Part shown: positions 42,909-48,561 of the stretch, in pieces
Layout: each line of letters starts with the position of its first letter
Numbering within the stretch: the stretch's first letter is position 1
UHGV virus genome: UHGV-0105325
Reading direction: 5' to 3' (one strand)
Length of the DNA: 48,561 nucleotides
Origin: a virus
Program-made: the position numbers and the translations under genes
Notes under the pieces: model-generated
Databases searched by the model: none
The model's input: the letters and a program-made list of their open reading frames with translations, nothing else
Told to the model about the DNA's origin: nothing

Positions 42909-44003
42909 ATGCAAATCACCGTAACACACAATGACCGTAAAAGTTTCGCACTGAATTCCCAACGTGTTTACACGGATGAGGGATTCCTGCGTGTGCCGGG
43001 TAAAGCCGCTCGTACTGGTATTCAGGAATATCTCGCTTCGGAACTGGGACTGAAAGACCGCGCACCGAACGACATTATCCGTGTATACCGCCCCGCCGAA
43101 GAAGTGTTTAACGATGCGTCACTTCAGAGCTATCTCGGCGCAGATGTCACGAATAACCATCCTCCCACACTCGTCAATGCTTCCACGTACCGTAATACTT
43201 CCGTTGGTGTTGTGACGAGTGTCGGTCGTCAGGACGGAGATTTCGTCATTGTGGATATGGTTATTAAAGATAAAGACGCGATTAAGGCTGTCGAAACTGG
43301 TAAGTGTGAGTTGTCAGCCGGTTACACGGCGGTGTATGATGACACACCAGGGACAACGCCGGAAGGTGAACCGTATGACTTCCGACAGACCCAGATTAAA
43401 ATTAACCACGTTGCAATTGTTGACCGTGCTCGTGCGGGTGCAATGGCGCGTATCTTCGATAATATGGAGAAAAAACCCATGTATCAAATCACCACTGACA
43501 CCGGGGTAAAAGTCGATGTGGCGGATGCTGTGGTAGTAGACGCGTTCAAACGCTTAGAACAGCGTGTCAGTGACGCAGAAGCCGCCAAAGAAACCGTACA
43601 GGCTCAACTCGACGCAGCACTGGAACAGGTTGCTGACCTGACCACCAAATGCAGCGATGAAGCCCTGAAAGCACGCGTGGAAGCAATTGCACGTGTTACC
43701 ACCTCAGCACGTAAAGTTGCTGGCGATGAATTCACCTGTGACAGCATGGACCCGGTTGCAATCAAACGTGCCGCTCTTGCTGTTAAACGTCCGTCTGTTG
43801 ACTGGGCTGACAAATCTGCCGCCTATGTCGAAGCCGCTTTCGATATGGCCGTGGAAGAACCGGTAAAACCTGTGGTAGACTCACAACTTGAGCAACTGGC
43901 TAAAGATGGTGCTAAAGACATCAAGCAGCCGGTAGCCGACGCAAAACCTGTACTGTCCCGCGCACAAGAAGCACTGCTGCGTCAGACTGGCAAACTTAAA
44001 TAA
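42882..44003 (+). CDS. prohead protease/scaffold-like protein (DUF2213-like)
   Basis: N-terminus ...YTDEGFLRVPGKAARTGIQEY and ELSAGY match DUF2213 signatures. Ala/Glu-rich coiled C-terminus. Start uncertain (42861-42909); no clear RBS. Confidence 0.5.
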   Translation: MAYSDGLVNMQITVTHNDRKSFALNSQRVYTDEGFLRVPGKAARTGIQEYLASELGLKDRAPNDIIRVYRPAEEVFNDASLQSYLGADVTNNHPPTLVNASTYRNTSVGVVTSVGRQDGDFVIVDMVIKDKDAIKAVETGKCELSAGYTAVYDDTPGTTPEGEPYDFRQTQIKINHVAIVDRARAGAMARIFDNMEKKPMYQITTDTGVKVDVADAVVVDAFKRLEQRVSDAEAAKETVQAQLDAALEQVADLTTKCSDEALKARVEAIARVTTSARKVAGDEFTCDSMDPVAIKRAALAVKRPSVDWADKSAAYVEAAFDMAVEEPVKPVVDSQLEQLAKDGAKDIKQPVADAKPVLSRAQEALLRQTGKLK

Positions 44004-44014
44004 GGGTGACATAG

Positions 44015-44503
44015 ATGGCTATTACTGCAATCAGCTACGGTCTGAATCACGACGCAGCCTTTACCGGGATGGTCGCCGACGGACAAGTAGCAAACATCGT
44101 TTCTAAAATCAACGATGACACCGCAACCGTCGCATACGGCAAAGGTGTTGTGCGTAGTGGTGAGAAAGGTTTTAAGGCTGCAACAGCCTCATCCACCGCT
44201 GATGACTTCGTGGGCGTACTGGTCCGTGAACTGAACCGCTCTTACGCTGATGGTGCAACTTTCGGTGCTCCGATTGACCGTCCGGCATCTGTACTCACCG
44301 CTGGCGTAATCTGGGTAACCGTAGCGGAGGCTGTTGGCGTTGGTGACGCCGCATTCGTGCGTGTTGGTGCGACTCAGACCGGTGATTTCGCTAACGCAGC
44401 GGGTACTGATGCGACTCTGTCGGTTGCCATTCCTGGTGCTAAATTCCTCACTGCCGCGGCATCCGGTGGTCTGGCTAAACTGTCTCTGGTTGTTGGGGGT
44501 TAA
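44015..44503 (+). CDS. head decoration-like protein (DUF2190-like)
   Basis: 162 aa, Ala/Gly/Val-rich, between the scaffold-like and capsid genes. Confidence 0.45.
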   Translation: MAITAISYGLNHDAAFTGMVADGQVANIVSKINDDTATVAYGKGVVRSGEKGFKAATASSTADDFVGVLVRELNRSYADGATFGAPIDRPASVLTAGVIWVTVAEAVGVGDAAFVRVGATQTGDFANAAGTDATLSVAIPGAKFLTAAASGGLAKLSLVVGG

Positions 44504-44505
44504 TA

Positions 44506-45540
44506 ATGGATAAGTTAAACAGCGTTGTACTTGACGCACAGACTATCGCGGGTAACCCGTGGGTTAAACAGTATCTGGACGGTCAGAACGCTATCAACGT
44601 TCCGGCTGAATTCCGTGATGCTGACGGCGGTATCGCGTTCTATATCTCTCAGCTGGCACAGATTGAGCAGACTATCTATGAGACGCCGTATGCGGATATC
44701 ACCTATCTGCAGGACATCCCGGTTGTATCCGGCATCCCGGAACATGCGAACCACTGGGTGTATCGGAGCTTCGATGGGCGCACTATTGGGAAGTTCATCG
44801 GCGCAAACGCATCCGACCTGCCGCGTGTTGCTCAGTCTGCGAAACTCCACACTGTACCTCTGAACTACGGCGGCATCGAGTGCCACTATAGTATTGACGA
44901 GCTGCGCACCACTGCGTCTCAGAACATGCCGATTGACACCATGCAGCAGCAGCTGGCATATCGTGGCTACGAAGAGCACAGTCAGAAAGTGGCTTACTTC
45001 GGTGACTCACAGCTGGGAATGGCCGGTCTGTTCAACAACTCGAATGTGACGACCACTTCGGCGACTGTTGACTACACCACCGCCACTGGTCAAGAGTTGT
45101 TCGACATGCTCAATGACCCACTGTTTGACATCATCAAACTGTCCAAAAATTTCCATGTTCCGAATACCGTCCGTGTGTTCCCGGACCTGTGGAAACGCAT
45201 GAACAGCCTGCTGATGACTGGTTACTCCGACACCACCGTGATGGAGTTTTTCAAAACCAACAACGCGTACACTCTGATGACCGGTCAGGAAATCGACATC
45301 GCAATCCGTTTCCAGCTGACCGCTGCGGAACTGGCCGCAGGTGGTGTGTCCAACGGTTCAAAAGACCGTGTGTTCATCTACGAGAAGAACGACCGCAACC
45401 TGGGTGTTGCCAAGCCGATTCCTTTCCGTATGCTGGCACCGCAGAATAAGGGTCTGGCTGTAACTGTACCAGCAGAGTACAAAATTTCAGGTGTGGAAAT
45501 TCGCTATCCTTTGAGTGCGATCTACCTCGATATGCTGTAA
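44506..45540 (+). CDS. major capsid protein (DUF2184-like)
   Basis: 344 aa. Position and a strong terminator immediately downstream fit an abundant late product. Confidence 0.55.
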   Translation: MDKLNSVVLDAQTIAGNPWVKQYLDGQNAINVPAEFRDADGGIAFYISQLAQIEQTIYETPYADITYLQDIPVVSGIPEHANHWVYRSFDGRTIGKFIGANASDLPRVAQSAKLHTVPLNYGGIECHYSIDELRTTASQNMPIDTMQQQLAYRGYEEHSQKVAYFGDSQLGMAGLFNNSNVTTTSATVDYTTATGQELFDMLNDPLFDIIKLSKNFHVPNTVRVFPDLWKRMNSLLMTGYSDTTVMEFFKTNNAYTLMTGQEIDIAIRFQLTAAELAAGGVSNGSKDRVFIYEKNDRNLGVAKPIPFRMLAPQNKGLAVTVPAEYKISGVEIRYPLSAIYLDML

Positions 45541-45563
45541 TACCTACCCTCAGTAGCATCCCA

Positions 45564-45588
45564 AGCCCTCTTCGGAGGGCTTTTCTTT
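45564..45588 (+). terminator. rho-independent terminator aagccctcttcggagggcttttcttt
   Basis: Canonical hairpin plus U-tract after the capsid gene. Confidence 0.8.
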
Positions 45589-45644
45589 GATTATCGGAAA
45601 GGGTAGAATAATGACGGGTATGTATTACAACTAAGGGTGATTTT

Positions 45645-45962
45645 ATGATTACTGTAAAGAATGTCTCACTGCGTGCGTTCGCGTTTCCGGGTAAGGGCGA
45701 CATTCACGAGCGAGTTGTTGCGCCGGGTGATGCGAAGGAGATTGAACTAACGATTCCGGTATATAAGTTCGTATCGACATACGTGAACGCGGGTGAACTG
45801 GAGGTTATTTCCGGTGAACTGGTCAACCCTGACTCAGACGCAGACGATGTGACCATTGACGAACTTCGCGCAGAAGCCGAAGAACTGGGTATCAAAGTTG
45901 ATGCGCGCTGGAAGAAGTCACGACTTCAGCAAGAAATCGAGGCAGCAAAAGCCGCCTCTTAA
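45645..45962 (+). CDS. head-associated protein with Rho-N/SAP-like C-terminal motif
   Basis: 105 aa. TIDELRAEAEELGIKVDARWKKSRL resembles Rho_N-type helix-extended motifs. Confidence 0.45.
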   Translation: MITVKNVSLRAFAFPGKGDIHERVVAPGDAKEIELTIPVYKFVSTYVNAGELEVISGELVNPDSDADDVTIDELRAEAEELGIKVDARWKKSRLQQEIEAAKAAS

Positions 45963-45980
45963 TTAACATAGGGGTGTGAA

Positions 45981-46565
45981 ATGGCTTTTCCGTCAAATGT
46001 AATTCCACCCTCACAACAGCCCCTGTCTGAACTCCTGGATATCTGGGAGAGACAGGGGTATGTTTTTGAGGCTTCCACTGTTACCAGCGTTGCCGCAGGT
46101 GCATCGAATAAAACCATCTTCGTCGCCGGGTCACGTCCGGTAATCCTCTTCGACCGTCAGTTGTCATACGATGGCGTCGGTGTGAACGCCGCAATCTTTC
46201 GCGCGCCCACGTACACCGGTGGCACACTTGTTACTGAAATTAACAACGCCAACGACATCATTGCACAGGCCAATACGGCCAACATCTACAGCGGTGCAAC
46301 GGTGACGGCAGACGGTATCCAGACCCGTTCGGTAAAATATATTTTCGGTAATACCAGTAACCAGTCCAGAGGCGCAGCATTAAGTGCAATATCAAGTCCA
46401 CAATTGATTTTACCTGGCGCAGTGCTTAATCTGGTACTGACGAATCGTGACACTAACGCGGCGCAGAACATTGCAACACATTTGCGCTGGGCCGAACCAC
46501 CAACAATTCCAGGACTGGCCATTCAGAATGGTCAGTTTGTAAGCTACAATGGGGTCAATCTATGA
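45981..46565 (+). CDS. hypothetical virion protein
   Basis: 194-aa ORF. Confidence 0.5.
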   Translation: MAFPSNVIPPSQQPLSELLDIWERQGYVFEASTVTSVAAGASNKTIFVAGSRPVILFDRQLSYDGVGVNAAIFRAPTYTGGTLVTEINNANDIIAQANTANIYSGATVTADGIQTRSVKYIFGNTSNQSRGAALSAISSPQLILPGAVLNLVLTNRDTNAAQNIATHLRWAEPPTIPGLAIQNGQFVSYNGVNL

Positions 46566-46918
46566 GCGGTTATCAATACACTATCACACTGGCTACAACG
46601 GCAGACGGCACGTATGAGACTGGACTCATTGACCAGAATCACAACAAATGCGACTTCCGTGTGGCGTTCTATAACTCCAGTGGTGCTATCGTTACGCCGA
46701 CAGCCGGCACCGTCACACCAACGATGCAGTTACTTCCCGGTCAGTGGATGGCACCCGGCACCGGTGATGTGAGCGTGGATGCAACGAAATGCGGTGCCGC
46801 TGCGACATACAGTCCCCCGGTGTTCAACACGTCTGCAACGAAAGGTCGTATCGTACTGTCTGGTATCACTGGTACTGACATTGCCAAAGTCGTCGCTGTA
46901 TTCACTGTGGGTATGTAA
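46562..46918 (+). CDS. hypothetical virion protein
   Basis: 118-aa ORF, coupled. Confidence 0.5.
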   Translation: MSGYQYTITLATTADGTYETGLIDQNHNKCDFRVAFYNSSGAIVTPTAGTVTPTMQLLPGQWMAPGTGDVSVDATKCGAAATYSPPVFNTSATKGRIVLSGITGTDIAKVVAVFTVGM

Positions 46919-46919
46919 C

Positions 46920-47339
46920 ATGGATATCACCGCCGAAGTTATCGCAGATTTTCGCATCTGGCCGCTCGGCGGTCAGGCTTTCTCGTCCGCTACCGATTTC
47001 CCGGACAGCCTCATTCAGTACGCATTGTGTGAGGCTGATACCGAGACGGGTAGTAAGCGCTGGGGAAGTTACGAGGCGGCGTGCGGGAACCTGAAACAAC
47101 GCGGAATGTTCTATTATGCCGCACACTGGCTCGCTGTTTACTATCCGGAAGGACTGAACAGTGATGTCAATCAGGAAGCACGTCTTAACGTGGCGACAAA
47201 ATCCGTAGGGGATGAGTCTATTTCATATCGTGTCCCGGCAATGCTTGAGGTCAACAATGACTGGCTAACCTGGTCCGTATATGGGCAGCAGTTCTACAGG
47301 CTCCGTAAACGCGTCGGTATGGGCGCATTAGCCATATGA
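46920..47339 (+). CDS. head-tail connector/completion-like protein
   Basis: Start at MDITAEV, 2 nt after the previous stop. The longer track ORF overlaps the upstream gene. Confidence 0.45.
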   Translation: MDITAEVIADFRIWPLGGQAFSSATDFPDSLIQYALCEADTETGSKRWGSYEAACGNLKQRGMFYYAAHWLAVYYPEGLNSDVNQEARLNVATKSVGDESISYRVPAMLEVNNDWLTWSVYGQQFYRLRKRVGMGALAI

Positions 47340-47348
47340 GGTAATTAA

Positions 47349-47978
47349 ATGTCGGTAACAACTTACGAAGTTCTTTCTGCTAATACAGTTAGCGAACTCG
47401 TTGCGCTCGTCAATGCCGCAACAGGTAAAACGCCACTTGGTGAGATATTCATACAAGGTGGTGCGCCTCGACAGGTGGTTGTCACAGGTAAGCCGGTAAG
47501 CGGGTACATCTCTGACAATTATCGAGCTGTTGTTGGTGTGGATCCCCGGGGTCTGGCTGACGCTGTAATGGCCGTCATGACTAATGAGATTCAGCCATTA
47601 GGTGCACCAATCATCCGCAACAATACAATGATTCAAATGATGGGAACTGTGACCCCTTCAAGTGGCGGCTCTGTGGCGTGGGGTAATATTACCGGGAAAC
47701 CTGCTGTTATCGCCGCGGGTGCGAACGCCACCGAAGCACGTGCCGCAATTGGCGCGGGTACTTCGAGTCTGGTCATTGGTACAACCGCATCAACGGCGAT
47801 GGCTGGTGATAAGTTTACGCAAGGCTCAGCGGTCCCCAATGTCGGATCGCAGACGGTATCGGGAGAGGATGCGGCAGCCGTGGCTACCTCGGCAGCCACG
47901 GCTGTTAACACGGTGGCGACAAAATTAAATAACCTGCTTGCCCAACTGCGTGCCTCTGGCATTATTGCATCGAACTAA
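47349..47978 (+). CDS. hypothetical virion protein (Ala/Gly/Thr-rich)
   Basis: 209-aa ORF, last gene of the head operon before the terminator. Confidence 0.5.
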   Translation: MSVTTYEVLSANTVSELVALVNAATGKTPLGEIFIQGGAPRQVVVTGKPVSGYISDNYRAVVGVDPRGLADAVMAVMTNEIQPLGAPIIRNNTMIQMMGTVTPSSGGSVAWGNITGKPAVIAAGANATEARAAIGAGTSSLVIGTTASTAMAGDKFTQGSAVPNVGSQTVSGEDAAAVATSAATAVNTVATKLNNLLAQLRASGIIASN

Positions 47979-47985
47979 TTAATAT

Positions 47986-48008
47986 GAGCCCCTCACGGGG
48001 CTTTATTC
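47986..48008 (+). terminator. rho-independent terminator agcccctcacggggct + TTTATT
   Basis: Hairpin plus U-rich tract. Confidence 0.7.
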
Positions 48009-48133
48009 ACCAATCCTCCCGGCGTAGTGACGACCGTAATACTTCATGATGACCTTGTCAGCACATAAATAACCTTCATCCTCAACCACGATACCTCTGA
48101 TAATGAAGAAGCTACGATAGTGTTTTGTTCTCA
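48002..48133 (-). CDS. 43-aa micro-protein
   Basis: ATGA-coupled to the AP2 gene stop. Uncertain. Confidence 0.25.
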
Positions 48134-48430
48134 TCGTGACCTCGAATATGGTTCGCGTTTTGGACCTTTCGGTATCTCCTGCGGAGTGAATCCGCGCTCA
48201 CGCCAGAAGTACCACAGTTTTCTTGCCAACAACGCGCGATGTGGAGTATTGAAACAACCGATCGTCAGCGTGACATTCCTGTAAAAGACCACCGCCTCCC
48301 ATTTACCATACCTGTGATGAATCCCCGGAACTCGTGCGAGATGTAACTCACGCGACGCAATCCTGTCACACTTCTTACGCCATTGTTTCGTGGGGACATG
48401 ACGCAGGATATCTTCAACAAGGCTTCCCAT
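48131..48430 (-). CDS. stand-alone AP2-domain DNA-binding protein (no HNH domain)
   Basis: GIHHRYGKWEAVVFYRNVTLTIGCFNTPHRALLARKLWYF is a complete AP2 fold signature. Driven by the promoter at 48465-48502. Confidence 0.55.
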   Translation of the reverse strand: MGSLVEDILRHVPTKQWRKKCDRIASRELHLARVPGIHHRYGKWEAVVFYRNVTLTIGCFNTPHRALLARKLWYFWRERGFTPQEIPKGPKREPYSRSR

Positions 48431-48464
48431 AATTTATAAACCCTCTCTCTCTCCCTTTAATTCG

Positions 48465-48502
48465 TGTACTGAGTGTATCAGTAGTTGACGAATCCGTCAA
48501 TA
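48465..48502 (-). promoter_or_regulatory. promoter with palindrome TGACGaatcCGTCA (48486-48499); -10 TACACT
   Basis: Family geometry, with leader ...aaagggagagagagg. Confidence 0.6.
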
Positions 48503-48523
48503 TCACGCAATGACGTCGAGGCC

Positions 48524-48551
48524 AATTTCATTCCGATCAAAAAGTGAACAA
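48524..48551. repeat. second copy of the 28-bp direct repeat (see 28-55)
   Basis: Exact match to 28-55. Confidence 0.7.
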
Positions 48552-48561
48552 CTTTGTAGTA

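Noticed and set aside
1-48561. 28-bp direct repeat at both window ends interpreted as prophage attL/attR
   Set aside because: No integrase, recombinase or excisionase gene anywhere, and no host-like flanking genes. The end bases instead continue the internal repeat upstream of 35064, which fits a permuted circular phage map.
1-48561. CRISPR arrays and tRNA genes
   Set aside because: No spaced short-repeat arrays were seen. No cloverleaf-compatible segment (GTTC/T-loop plus acceptor pairing) was found by eye in intergenic regions. tRNAscan would be needed to be certain.

Overview
The window is essentially one complete, circularly permuted tailed dsDNA phage genome of about 48.5 kb (contractile-tail / myovirus-type gene order), not a bacterial chromosome segment. 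Both window ends carry the same 28-bp sequence, and the last bases continue the repeat seen upstream of 35064.

The host is likely enterobacterial: promoters match the sigma70 consensus, RBSs are AGGAG-type, and the lysis cassette is SAR-endolysin / Rz / Rz1-lipoprotein.

Layout:
- Rightward late head operon 35377-47978: small and large terminase, portal, Mu-F-like protein, DUF2213-like protease/scaffold, decoration-like protein, major capsid, head completion.
- Rightward late neck/tail operon 403-16380: sheath, tube, chaperone-like genes, tape measure, SLT-domain tail protein, baseplate V/W/J-like, beta-helix tail fibre.
- Leftward lysis cassette 16375-17538.
- Leftward early replication/recombination arm 25041-18443: acidic protein, RecB/Cas4-like nuclease, DUF2815-like ssDNA-binding protein, family-B DNA polymerase split by an HNH-AP2 endonuclease.
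- Rightward early arm 25182-34209: SF2 helicase, VRR-NUC, AT-rich NADAR gene, short TetR-like HTH, P4/D5-type primase-helicase, acidic protein, HTH-metallophosphoesterase.

Unexplained by ordinary annotation:
- An 11-member family of promoters, each carrying the perfect 14-bp palindrome TGACG-N4-CGTCA at -34..-21.
- A roughly 300-bp AT-rich regulatory block duplicated upstream of both late operons.
- A zinc-ribbon repeat module shared by two homing-type nucleases and one nuclease-less protein sitting between the early and late regions.
- Several antisense, early-promoter-driven cassettes embedded in the structural operons, one bounded by 43-bp direct repeats.

All family assignments rest on motif recognition by eye; none is confirmed by a search.
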